Position numbers and translations under genes: made by a program. This document shows positions 1-11,489 of a stretch of DNA of 44,630 bases, piece by piece. This DNA comes from Octopus bimaculoides (taxonomy: Eukaryota). Location: assembly GCF_001194135.2 (NCBI RefSeq), contig NC_068986.1, positions 64,280,904 to 64,325,533 of the forward strand. Direction: 5' to 3'. Within the stretch, counting starts at the first letter, position 1, and the number at the start of each line of letters is the position of its first letter. A model generated the notes under the pieces. It ran no database searches. It saw only the letters and a list, made by a program, of their open reading frames with translations, and was not told where the DNA came from.

Positions 1-38
<38 letters not shown>

Positions 39-60
39 GGAGAGAGAGAGAAAGAGTGGA

Positions 61-91
<31 letters not shown>

Positions 92-138
92 GAGTGTGAG
101 TGAGAAAGAGAGAGAGAGAGAGAGAAGGAGCGTGAGTC

Positions 139-169
<31 letters not shown>

Positions 170-175
170 GAGAGG
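1..175. repeat. (TA)n then (GA)n microsatellites
   Basis: Direct reading. Confidence 0.98.
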
Positions 176-834
176 GACAAGAAAGGTGTAGTGGAGGGAG
201 TTTCGAGAAAAGCTATGAAATATTGTATAGGAATTCTTTTGGCTGCCTATCATTTTGTTACATTTTAAGTTTCACATTTAATGTCTTGTATGTATGGAAT
301 TTGTAACGTAGCTTTTTGATTTGGCAGAACGGAAATAGAAATGAAAGCTGTGACATGCATGTCTCTCCAAAATATGTCTGTCGCAGCGTAAAGTAAAACT
401 AATACAAACTGGCTTCAGCAGATGAAACAAGCTCGAAGACTCAATTTGTTTGAAGCCTTTCTCAAGGTTTTGCTGTATGCATAGCACAACAGTTTTATAT
501 TTTTATACTGCTTTCGACTGTTAGAGTGCAGTCATGTTTATAGTGTATACCTTGATATGCAACGTATTAGGGTTTTCATTGATGTGTGGTCCTTCTGGTA
601 TAAAACAGACACACGCACACACAACAAACACACACACACACACCCATACACGCACACACACATGCACATCACTTCATCTGAAGGAGATCCAGCGCCCGTG
701 ATCTTTTCCAGACATTTTCAATGTTTTCGCATGTCTATCGCTGTAAAACTTGAATAGAAAAGTATTTGGTTAACTACACCATCACCACCACCACCACCAC
801 CACCAATAATAATAATAATTATTTCTAGAAAGGC

Positions 835-1010
835 AAAAATCGTGAATTCTGGGGGTGGTTTTTAGCCGAACCATTGACTTCAATAACTGACTGGTACTTT
901 ATTTTATCGGCATTGGATGGATGAAAGGTAAAGATGACTTCAACGGAATTTGAACCCAGAACGTAAGGAACCGGAAGAAATACCTTAAAGGCATTTTATT
1001 CAACGTACAC
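835..1010 (-). mobile_element. SINE family B copy
   Basis: Reverse complement of ttctgagttcaaattccgccgaggtcgactttgcctttcatcc...gataaaataagtaccagt. Confidence 0.7.
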
Positions 1011-1112
1011 ACTCTCTCTTTTCCCACACACATACATACATACATAAATACATACATACATACATACATAGATGCACACAGACACAGACACACACACATA
1101 TATATGAAACAT

Positions 1113-1529
1113 GTCACAAACATTTTTAACTAACATAAGGTTTGCTTATGCTTAAACACTGCTTGGCGCTGATACTGCTGTAATTTTTTCCGACCTGGCG
1201 GTCTAATGATGCAGCTCGGTCAATGTTGTTGACTGTGTTTTACTTAAAGCTGAAGCTTTAATTAAATATGTTCAGAGTTGCCTCTCTTCAGTATTTCCCA
1301 TAAATAACGGTTAAAGAGCTAGAAGTGCATCTGGAAATCAGACAGGGAACAGTACTGGACAGATTTGGTGTTTTTACACCTTTCTTTTTTTTTTTACCAT
1401 CAGAAAGAATCTTTTCTCCACGGTTACTGCAGTGAATTTGTATTTAGAAGTGGAAATAAGTCACAAACATGTTAACTAACCTAAAAATTGCTTATGTCTA
1501 AACACTACTTGGCGCTGACATTGCTGTAA
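1113..1529. repeat. About 70-bp diverged direct repeat pair (1113-1183, 1460-1529)
   Basis: gtcacaaacat..taactaac.taa...ttgcttatg..taaacact.cttggcgctga.a.tgctgtaa is present twice. Confidence 0.85.
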
Positions 1530-1814
1530 AATATATTTACAGGTACGCACACACACACACACACACACACAGATTGGTTATTTTGCGGCTCTCTGTAATA
1601 GGAAGCTTTCTGGACAATGGACATTTGAATTCAGGAAGACATAATCAAAGTACTAAACGGGAACTATTAACTTCCGGAAGTATTCTCTGTCATTAGTATT
1701 CTCTGTGTTTCTTCCTACATCAATTAGAAACTCATGTAGAAAGAAGCTCCCCTCCCCACTTCTTACATTAACGCAATGATTCTGAGCTTCATGGAAGAAC
1801 AAAGAGCAGCCGTA

Positions 1815-2005
1815 ATAACGATGATGTCGGCGACGACAATAACGATGACGACCACAAGGATGGTGATGATGATAGTGGTGGGTGTGCTAATGATTCTGAG
1901 TATGGTGGTGATGATGATTGTGAAGGAGTTGGCGAAGAAAATTATGTGTTGATGACGATGATGATGAAGATGAAGATGATGATGATGATGATAGTGATGA
2001 CTATT
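1815..2005. repeat. Degenerate (GAT)n low-complexity tract
   Basis: Direct reading. Confidence 0.9.
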
Positions 2006-2083
2006 ATGGAAAATAAAGCAACATGTTCTTATACAAGATAATTACATCTTGGAAATCCTGGCGTGGTCACCATATCACACACG

Positions 2084-2132
<49 letters not shown>

Positions 2133-3084
2133 NNNNNNNNNNNNNNNNNNNNNNNNNNNNNNNNNNNNNNNNNNNNNNNNNNNNNNNNNNNNNNNNNNNN
2201 NNNNNNNNNNNNNNNNNNNNNNNNNNNNNNNNNNNNNNNNNNNNNNNNNNNNNNNNNNNNNNNNNNNNNNNNNNNNNNNNNNTATATATATATGAGTGTT
2301 TATAATGCAGTTATCCCATGTATTTGAATATAGGTTTAATAATAATAAACATACTCCACATAAACACTTCACCACTACTCATGTATATATTTCTTGAAAT
2401 ACGCCACGAAGAATGCATCACTCACTTTCTCTCTCTCTTACGCATAACACACACACACACACACACACACACTAATACAGTTAGTCGAGCAGTTAAGTGC
2501 TGCGCTCAGTAGGACTCTTGTTAGAAAGCTGCTTGTATCAACACAGTGAAAAGAATGGTGTGTATTCTACTTGAGAGAAACGAAGTGGGACAAAATAGTA
2601 TTTGGCAGTCTAGACTTTCACAAGGAAGCAATGGTAGTGAGATAAAGAAACAGGGAAGTCTGTTGTCTTCAGATCAACTACTTGCCTATAAAAATGTAAT
2701 CAGTACAACAAACACCAACATCGCCGATTCCACCGACATCATCACAACTTGAGCCACTATCACTTGCGATCATAGTGTTACGAGCTTCTAGATCAGTGTC
2801 TATCAATCATTTTTTTTAAACCTATGGATTCCTGTTTTACTCTACTGGATCCCCATAATCACTAGATGTTTAAAAAAATTCCATTATAAAATTTTATAAT
2901 TAAATATTATTAGGAATTGTATAAAAGATGTTAAATATTTTGTGCATTGTAGAAAAATATCCAATTCATTGGACATAAACTTTAGCAACAAAGTATTATA
3001 TGAACTTCACCAAGGAGTATATGGATCCCTCAATTCGCAACCGAAAGTCTTAAAAACTTAAATCTACGCTTGAATTTTCAGTTG

Positions 3085-3200
3085 AATGAATCGACTCCAG
3101 TGCGTATTTTCTTTTTGAGCTAATTCTGTCAGTGTCTTTAGCGGAACCGCTAAGTTACGAGGACGTAAACACACCAGCACTGTTAAGCGGTGGGGGACAA

Positions 3201-3263
<63 letters not shown>

Positions 3264-3468
3264 AGGCTTCTTTCAGTTTCCGTCTACCATTCTACTCACA
3301 ATGCTTTAGTTGGCCCGAGGTTCTAGTAGAAGACACTTACCCAAGAGGCCATGCAATGGGACTGAACTTGGAACCATGTGGTTGGGAAGTAAACACGTCT
3401 GCGCCTAAATAGTCACGCCTGCGCCTAAATAGTCACGCTTGCGCCTAAATAGTCACGCCTGCGCCTAT
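3085..3468 (-). mobile_element. SINE family A (tRNA-headed, CORE-like, internal CA microsatellite)
   Basis: Shares blocks gaaccgctaagttacg, ttctttcagtttccgtctacc, tagtagaagacactt.cccaag and ggaaccatgtggttgggaag with copies at 12697, 14565, 19402, 24872, 29640 and 39003. The minus-strand head carries a B-box-like GGTTC/AGTTCAGTCCC. Confidence 0.85.
3395..3466. repeat. 20-bp tandem repeat, about 3.5 copies (gcgcctaaatagtcacgcct)
   Basis: Directly visible; the unit contains the SINE A terminal cacgcctgcgcct. Confidence 0.95.
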
Positions 3469-3499
3469 ATCATACAAGCTTAATCTGATATCTAAGGCT

Positions 3500-4550
3500 A
3501 CATTCGATAGCAGAGTATCAGATATCTGGATAAAAAACATGGTCGTGGCTAGAATACCTTTGGTCACTGGTCCAATTATTACTCAATCTGACCTGGAGTT
3601 AAACAACAACAACAACGACTAAAAATCGACGAATCACATGGGCACTTCTACGTGGTTGCTCGAACAGCTAGGAATAGCAACCAAAACTCCTTCAAACCAC
3701 ATCCTACTATCTTCGAGTAAGAAGGTTAGAAAGTAGTCGCTGATATACAAAAGGACGGATGGTCACGGCTGAAACTTCTGTATTAGGGTTGACTGGGTCC
3801 CTAGCAACAACAACAACCATAACTCGAACCAACAAGAAAGCTTCTTGCTTGATCACTCGACTAGTTAGAAATAGCAGCTAAATTTCCTTCAAATTATACT
3901 GGCAGCTTAAGAAAAGAGGAGCATGTTAGATAATGTAGTTTTAGGCACACTAGATCTGAAACAAGACAGGATGGATCTGCTGCAACAAGGTCTACCAGAA
4001 TTTCAACAATAACAACCATAACAGTACATTCATCATTTAACAAGCATAGCTGTGTAGTTAAGAATTTCGCTTGGCATTCACTCGGTTTCGAGTTCGATCT
4101 CATCGCATGGAACTTCGGTTAAATGTATTCTACCATAGCTTCGAATCAGTCAAGGCCTTGTGGGTAAAATTTGGAGTGGAAATCCTTCGTCGGTATTATT
4201 TCTGACTTGGAATGGTAAAAATAACATGTTGGCGCATATAATAGACCTGTGGGTGGTTTTTTACTCTGTTGCTTGCGTCTAGGCCAGAAATTCGGTCCGA
4301 AGTTAATTTTCTTCATTCGTCCCATCAGCCACGGAGGCTCTGAAAAGTGTCATGGGTACTGTCCTTTTTTCCTTTAACTAACCTATGAAACTGCTTCCTC
4401 CTGAAAGTGCAACACAAGGACCTCTATGCAGTTGCTTGACCTTATACAAATAGAAATAGCAACCAAATCTCCCTACCGTCTTAAAAATGAAGAACCTGAT
4501 CATAACTGCTCAATTACGGCTGAATTGGGCCTTAACAGAAACAGCAACAC
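3500..4550 (+). repeat. Cluster of four copies of interspersed repeat family C ((AAC)n-tailed)
   Basis: Shared core ttgctcga.c.gctagaaatagca.ccaaa..tcc.tcaaa and aacaacaac tails at ~3500-3620, 3645-3820, 3845-4015 and 4420-4550. Confidence 0.7.
4045..4200 (+). mobile_element. SINE family A, degenerate 5' half, opposite orientation
   Basis: agctgtgtagttaagaatttcgcttggc...ggtttcgagttcgatctcatcgcatggaacttcgg...caaggccttgtgggtaaaatttgg is a diverged match to the family head and body. Confidence 0.6.
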
Positions 4551-5099
4551 TTCTACATGAATGCACAAGTGGAGAACATGGTTTTCTTTCTTAGCACATG
4601 TATAAACTCACTCACAACTCATTATTCCCTTTCCTTCCTTCAGTTAATAATTCATGGCTTCCATATCACTGAAGTGTCGTGTTGTGTTCTCTCCCCAGAT
4701 TCAACATCAGACAAGCTAAAGTTATAAAAGCTGAGTTTTTCTAAAAGAATATCCAAATATCAAATTACATATAATCCTGGTAATGGGTCAGATAAATTGT
4801 ACGCTCTACAAGAGCATTAGATATTTCGGAACACTGCTGTCTGTCTGCCTGTTTCTCCTCCCTCCGCTCTCTCTTCCTCTCATTCATTCGTCTCTTGCTC
4901 ATTTAACTAAAAATAACTTATTCACATGTCATACATGTAGATTACTTCCATCTATAGAATACAAATATTAATGATGCTGAGAGTCGAGGATATTATCATT
5001 TCAAGCTGCTGAATTTAATATTAATATGAGAGCAAAATCTAGGTCGGTTGGTCGCCCGAGTCTTTAGAGCGTAGGACAAAATACCTTACCCTATTTAGT

Positions 5100-5490
5100 T
5101 AGGTGGGAGGCCACGAACTAGAAAAGTCGTTAGCACGCCGGGTAAAATGCTCAGCGGCATTTCGTCCGCCTTCATGTTCTGAGTTCAAATTCCGCCGAGG
5201 TCAACTTTGTCCTTCAACTTTTGGGGTTGATAAAATAAGTAGCAGCTGAGCACTGGGATCGGTGTAATCGGCTTACCCCTGTCTCCCGAATTTACTGGTC
5301 TCTTGTGCCAAAATTAGAAACCATACTTAGTTAGAGTAGGCGATGAGCGGGCAGAATCGTTAGCTCGCTGGGTGAAATGCTTAGCGACATTTCGTCAATC
5401 TTTATGTTCTGAGTTCAAATCCCGCCGAGGACGACTTCGCCTTTCATCCTCTTGGGGTCAATAAAATAAGTATCAGTCGAGCACTGGGTT
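5100..5490 (+). mobile_element. Two tandem SINE family B copies (5100-5320, 5338-5490)
   Basis: Both contain gttagc.cgc.ggg..aaatgct.agcg.catttcgtc...gttctgagttcaaat.ccgccgagg (B-box GAGTTCAAAT). Confidence 0.85.
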
Positions 5491-5899
5491 TGCTTGTTCG
5501 AAGTTGACCTAGGGATAAACACCATCACCTATTTCTCTTTGTTTTCTGTTAAAGCTCTTACCACACAATACATTGAATCGTTTTTTTTTTTAGTGTTGAT
5601 TTAACAGTAGTAAATACACAGTGTGGAATTCTGACAAGATTTTGTAATAACACCTAATTTCGGAGCTTAATTCTGTAGGTCTAGTGGTGTGATTCTCATT
5701 GGGGGATGGGCAGATTTAAAGCAAGAAGCACAAAGCATGAGATCTTGTCTTACTAGTTTGACTTGATAGCAAAAGAAAATTAAACCAACATACTAATTCT
5801 GTTTGTTTGTAGTAGAACACTTTTAGCTTTTCAATTTCATTCACGAAACTAAATTACAATAATTAATAGAATCCGGTCTGCTGAAACTGGCATTAAATG

Positions 5900-6040
5900 A
5901 ACAAGAGAACGAGAGGGAGAAAGAGAGATGAAGAGGGAAGAGAGAGAAAGAAAAAGATAGATAGACAGATAGATAGAGAGAGAGGAAAGGAGAAAGAAAG
6001 AAAAAGAGAGATAGATAAATAGAGAGAAAGAGAAGGAGTT

Positions 6041-6083
<43 letters not shown>

Positions 6084-6094
6084 GAGAGAAAGAT

Positions 6095-6141
<47 letters not shown>

Positions 6142-6200
6142 AAGAGAGAGAGATAGAGGACAGGAAAAATATAACAAAAATGGACAGACAAAAAAGAAAA
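5900..6200. repeat. (GA)n-rich polypurine tract
   Basis: Direct reading; source of the spurious Ser/Leu ORFs. Confidence 0.97.
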
Positions 6201-6247
6201 AGAGAAATTTTGAAAAAGAAAAACATCCTTGTTACAAAGTGAAGTCG

Positions 6248-6300
6248 TCAACTACATATCAGAGGTACTTGAATATATCTTTTACATGACACTTCAAAAC
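6248..6300 (-). CDS. Candidate terminal coding exon (G)FEVSCKRYIQVPLICS*
   Basis: Very strong T-rich tract ttattttattttgcgtttgttttattttataatctag ending at 6301. Phase-1 compatible with the 10179 donor, stop at 6250-6248. No recognisable domain, so support is splice signal only. Confidence 0.3.
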
Positions 6301-6599
6301 CTAGATTATAAAATAAAACAAACGCAAAATAAAATAAAATAACATAAAGGCAATTGCATTGATAACCTGACATTGATATCACTTTATAAAACCAAGAAGT
6401 TTTGAGAGAGGAGAAGACGGTGAAAAATAAATTAGTGGTTAGTGTCAAAGTGGTCAGAGCGAACTCAGTTTATGACTCAACAGAATGAAGAATGCTGTTT
6501 GCACTATTTGACTTAAATTAGTAGTATCAATGTATCAAGAGTTAGTCCTAAACATAAAAATTATTCATATAGCAATCTAAGAATATTATCTATTTCGAT

Positions 6600-6778
6600 A
6601 AGGCAGCGAGCTGGCAGAATCGTTAGCGCGCCGGATGAAAAGCTTCCCAACATTTCGTCCGTTTTCATGTTCTGAGTTCAAATTCTGCCGCGGTTGATTT
6701 TGTCTTTCATCCTTTTGAGGTTGATAAAATAAGTAGCAACTAAGTACTGGAGTCGATGTAATCGACTTACCCCTTACC
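6600..6778 (+). mobile_element. SINE family B copy
   Basis: aaggcagcgagctggcagaatcgttagc...gttctgagttcaaattctgccg...gtcgatgtaatcgacttacccc. Confidence 0.88.
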
Positions 6779-7124
6779 ATAAGGAGTCTAGTCGTATTAA
6801 TAGTAGTACTGAATGAGAGAGAGGGGAGAGACAGACAGGGAGTGGAAGAGAGGGCGAAGGAGAGCGGGAAAGAGAAGGAAGCAAAGAAATAGTTGAGAGA
6901 GCGGTCATTGAAACATTACCAGAATATTTTTACCAGGCTTTTAAAATCTACAATCCAGAAATATTGCCTCAACCACCGGTCTTCCGTATTATTTTCGCGT
7001 AATTGTCATTTTTTAAAATATATATTTTTCACGTGATAGGAATAGAGATTTAATAGCAATATTTCCTGTCCTAAATCCTAATAAGATGTGTCAGCTTTGC
7101 ATTAATATATGCATACACTCGCTA

Positions 7125-7240
7125 AAGTGTGTGTGTGTGTGTGTGAGTGTGTATGTGTGTGTATGTGTGTGTATGCATATGCATACGCTTACATATATAA
7201 ATATATATATATATTTATATACACATATGTATACACACAA

Positions 7241-7332
<92 letters not shown>

Positions 7333-7672
7333 GTCCACACATATATAATTCTTTTTTGGGACGGATCTCGAAGCATATATAAGGCTATAAATAGCAGCGT
7401 GTAAATATTGGGTTGAAAGACCCTTTGGATATGCACATACATACATACATACATACACACACATGTATGTATGTATGTTTGTATGTATGTATGTATGTAT
7501 GTATGTATGTATGTATGTATGCATGTAGGTTTGGTAGAACAAATAAGATGAATACAGCTCTGTACATGAGTATACATTTTTTTAATCGGTAGATGCGACA
7601 AAAGTGATTCAAGGGGTAGAGTTTGAGCAACTTTTATAATTTCTTCTGATTAGAAAATTATCTATCTATCTC

Positions 7673-7703
<31 letters not shown>

Positions 7704-7720
7704 CTCTATCTCTCTATCTC

Positions 7721-7755
<35 letters not shown>

Positions 7756-7764
7756 CTCTATCTC

Positions 7765-7811
<47 letters not shown>

Positions 7812-7817
7812 CTCTAT
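7125..7817. repeat. Compound microsatellite block: (GT)n, (TA)n, (CA)n, (CATA)n/(TATG)n, (TCTA)n
   Basis: Direct reading. Confidence 0.97.
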
Positions 7818-8399
7818 CATCCTTCCATCCACCCAAACCCACCCACCTGCCCACCCATCCATCCAGCCCACCCCTCTCTCTCTTTATCATTTTGATTGTT
7901 GGACATCTTCAAATATCAGTTCGAAGTCATAATAATTTCAACACTATTCGCTCCTTCCAATGGTGTCGGGCTCCTTGATGATATTAGGAAATATCTGGGT
8001 TTTTTAACCCATTACCCTCTCTCACTCTGTTACCTGTCACATCTAACCGGCTGTGTTTATTATTGCTCTTAACCATTTTGCAACTTTGCTTTTGTAGGGA
8101 TTTTCCTTTAATTGCAACTTCTGGTCTTTCACAGGTGACTGATATACAGTCAACGAAGAATTTTCTGTTTACCTTTTCAAGTAGAGAATCACTGTCTTCT
8201 GAGATTCTGGTCCTTGTAGGGTTAAACTTGTTCAGGGTATTCTTGGTTTCGTAGTTTAATATTAGATTTTGTTGCAAACGTTTTATCACATACACACACA
8301 CATGCGCGCCTGCGCACACCTACACTCTCACACGCATATATATATACACTCTAATATAGCTTAAGAGTTAGTTATTGTCCACCTACACACAACGGAAGT

Positions 8400-9960
8400 A
8401 AGCTTTTAAAAGATGACCTTTATTTGACATACCTAACATATCCAAAACTCTATATTAAGGAAGATGATGGGATTATATAATTTTATTTTAAAACTATTTT
8501 GCTTCACACTACCATTTTGTTTTCGTTTCACATCAATCATTCTAGAGTGTAGCCCTCACTACCCTTGTGTAGTGAGGAGTGCATTTTGATGAAAAACTAC
8601 TCAGTTGGGACTGACAAGTCGATAAATTTAGCACCAGTTATATACGAGAGTGATTCAGACGAATTAACCTTTTCTTCATAAATTTGAGAATTAGTGCGGA
8701 AATTAGAAATATTTTTCATTAACAGTGTCATGTTACCGATTTACTTGAGACACATTTCTGCCAATAATGTCTTTATTCATTTGCAGTTTTAATTTGCGCA
8801 GTAAAACAGAGGGTTTTTTCCATTGTCGAAATAGGAAAACTAAATTGTATGCGTATCAACTGCTTCAAACCTAACACAAGTTTTAAAAAAAATCTTAAAA
8901 TCTACCTCTCTGTCAACCAAAATATGTAGCAAGCTCGAAGGTCCAAAACCATATTCCATTTTAGAAGTTCAATTGTGTACCGATGGATTTCAGTGCCTAG
9001 AATTTAGAACCGACTCGTTCTAATGTCAGTCACTTGTACTGGGACTTAGGGTTGCGAATGTAATTCGTCAAATTATTGAATACTGAGATCTCTGGCGTTC
9101 TCAGCCCCCGGACCCCGGACCATATCCCTGCTTACTGCTATCTGCAAGTGCAAGTCCTGTGAGTCTGAGAGGCTGTTTTAGCGCATCTCCCTCACCATTC
9201 TCCGAGGCAACGCCTTTTCTATTTTGTACGTTCCACTCCTTAATTTTCCAAATTGTACGTTCACTCCTTAATGTAACGTTGTGCAATTTACTGTTGTATT
9301 TGCTTGTTTTATATATAAAACACTACAACCATTTAGTTCATTTAAAGATTCAACGCAGTATAGGGTAATTTTTAAAAAAGTGGAATCGTAAGAGGACGAG
9401 ACACATATATGAAATACTTATTTACTCAGCAAGTATGCAGGGCTAATGTATACAAACGTCCCCTATAAAATGGACGTCAGAAATTAGAAACCAATTTTCA
9501 TCTGGATTAAGAATAGTTTCTTTAAATATAGCACAAAAACATGTCTTTTGCACGAGAAAGCAGATTATAGAATAAAACAAAAATAAAACAAGAATATTAC
9601 TGGCACATATTTATCAATCCAATGATGATGAATGGTAAATTGATCCTGGCGGATTCAACTGTGTGTGTTTGGTGGAGGAGGAACTACAGCTTGGTAAATA
9701 ACCATTTATTGTGGTTGCCCAATCAAAGTTCAATGTCGCAATCCTAGTTGAAGTGGCATTGAGCAAATTGTTTTGAGGTTTCAAACTTTGAAGAAAACTT
9801 GACTGCGAGAATTGCGCTTCAGGCAAATTTAATACAAGAAATTTCATTCCATTTGGAATATCCTCCACGTCGTAAATGCTGCTCTTTTGGAAGTCTCAGC
9901 TACCAACGCCGGTTCGCCTGTCTTAATATCCTCAATTTTGATTAAAAGTGAAATGCTTTC
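8400..9960 (-). mobile_element. Heavily decayed hAT-type (ZMYM1/THAP12-like) transposase relic
   Basis: Motif-like fragments in the expected order across frameshifts: AAFTT/GGYSKWN (~9890-9850), KETILNPDENWFLISD (~9520-9475), GEGDALKQPLRLTGLALADSSKQGYG (~9195-9118), NPKSQY (~9055-9038), VRFEAV (~8875-8860). Alignment from memory only. Confidence 0.35.
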
Positions 9961-10178
9961 GTGTGTGTTACGAACAGAAAAGAAATCTATTGTATACGTA
10001 GCGGGCTTATAATATTAACAAATCCATAATACAAAACACCACCTTCATTTCTTATCTGTGTAAACTAATACAACGGTGACCAGAAATATGACATAGTTGT
10101 AATATAAGTGCACGAATTAGTTGCTGGTAGCATCGTTATTAGAGTAAACAAGAAATATAAAGCAAAACACAAACTTAC

Positions 10179-10319
10179 CTTCTACTGTGCAGTTTTCGCC
10201 ACTAAATTGGGGCTTACAGTTGCAGATAAAACCATCAGAAGGTGTCGGTGTACATACGCTTCTGTCGTTGCAAGGATTTAAACGTACACAAGCACTCAGC
10301 TTTTTCTGACACAAGTTTC
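10179..10319 (-). CDS. Exon completing EGF13 and encoding EGF14 (141 nt, phase 1-1)
   Basis: Acceptor tttatcatttcag at 10320, donor AAG|GTAAGT at 10178. Translation (G)NLCQKKLSACVRLNPCNDRSVCTPTPSDGFICNCKPQFSGENCTVE. Confidence 0.9.
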
Positions 10320-10640
10320 CTGAAATGATAAAGTGATGTTTTAGTATAATTACACACATGCATGTAATATATATATATATACCTTTTGAAATATGTATAA
10401 TCACTTCTTATGTTAATAGAAAGACCAAATTATTTGGAGGAGTATTGTCAGTTGATTTAACTTTAATACATGACTAATATTTATCTCACTGACACAGGAG
10501 GCTTGAAAGAAGAAAAAAGATCAACAGTGGAATTCCTAATTCAGAGAATGTAGAAGGACGGAACTTAATACTCTAAAGAATTTGATTCTACGCTCTACCG
10601 TCTCCAAAACTCCATTCCTCTTATATATATATATATATAG

Positions 10641-10815
10641 TGATAGGTTTCAAATATTGACACAAGCCTAGCAAGTTCGAGGAAGGGGTAAGTTGATTAC
10701 ATTATTGACCCTGCTGCCCAACTGGTACTTATTTTATCGACTCAGAACATACAGACAGACCAAATGCTACTAAGCATTTTGACCAGTGTGCTAACGATTC
10801 TGCCAGCTCGTCTTA
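10641..10815 (-). mobile_element. SINE family B copy flanked by cttatata...tag direct repeats
   Basis: Family-B reverse complement (internally deleted) between direct repeats at 10620-10640 and 10812-10830. Confidence 0.8.
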
Positions 10816-10914
10816 TATATATATATATAGTAATAATATAACAAAAAAAGAATGAATGAGACCTCTCTATTATGTAAATAGAGGAATTTGTAATATAGTA
10901 TGTGACAATTATTC

Positions 10915-11489
10915 GGTTGCCATAATAAAACTCCGAGTTTCGAATGTTGGGGCGGAAATCTGCTCCGGCATCTCGTCAGTTATTAAGACAAACAAAAACG
11001 CTATGAAAATGACCGTTAAACAAAGGGAAATTAGTATGTAAATGACCCTTTTAAGAAAAGCAAAAGAGCTATTAGAATGACCGTTAAATAAAGGGAAAAA
11101 AACCCGAAGGGGAGAATGTAAAAAATGCTCATAGAATTCGCGTATGCGCGCATGTACATACATACACATGCGCGCAAGCACACCCACGTACATGTGCCCA
11201 TAAGCATTTGCTCACGCGAGTGTGGGTGAGCATATGCATATAGGCACATGTACGTGGGTGTGCGAATTCTATGAGCGTTTTTTACTTTCTCCCCTTCGGG
11301 TTTTTTCCCATTATTTGACGGTCATTCTAATAGCTCTTTTGTTTGTCTTAATAACGGTCATTTACATAGTAATTTCCCTTTGTTCAATGGTCATTTTCAT
11401 AGCATTTTTGTTTGTCTTAATAACTGACGAGATACCGGAGCAGATTTTTCGTCCCGACATCCGAAACTCGAAGTTTTATTATGGCAACC
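10915..11489. repeat. Long fold-back palindrome (about 263-bp arms, 10-nt loop), right end lost in a gap
   Basis: Left arm 10915-11215 (with a 38-nt insert) is the reverse complement of right arm 11226-11489, about 90% identical by eye. Confidence 0.95.

Noticed and set aside
718-765. Strong minus-strand acceptor at 741 giving (A)IDMRKH*
   Set aside because: A stop follows after 7 codons with no further support; weaker than the 6301 candidate.
4680-4790. Plus-strand acceptor-like ttctctccccag suggesting an antisense gene
   Set aside because: All three frames hit stops within about 45 nt, and no partner exons were found.
8034-8138. Possible phase 1-1 exon (V)TCERPEVAIKGKSLQKQSCKMVKSNNKHSRLDVT, starting like a Sushi domain
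   Set aside because: Splice sites are only moderate, the rest lacks Sushi G/Y/W/C residues, and a transposon relic explains it equally well. Not excluded without RNA data.
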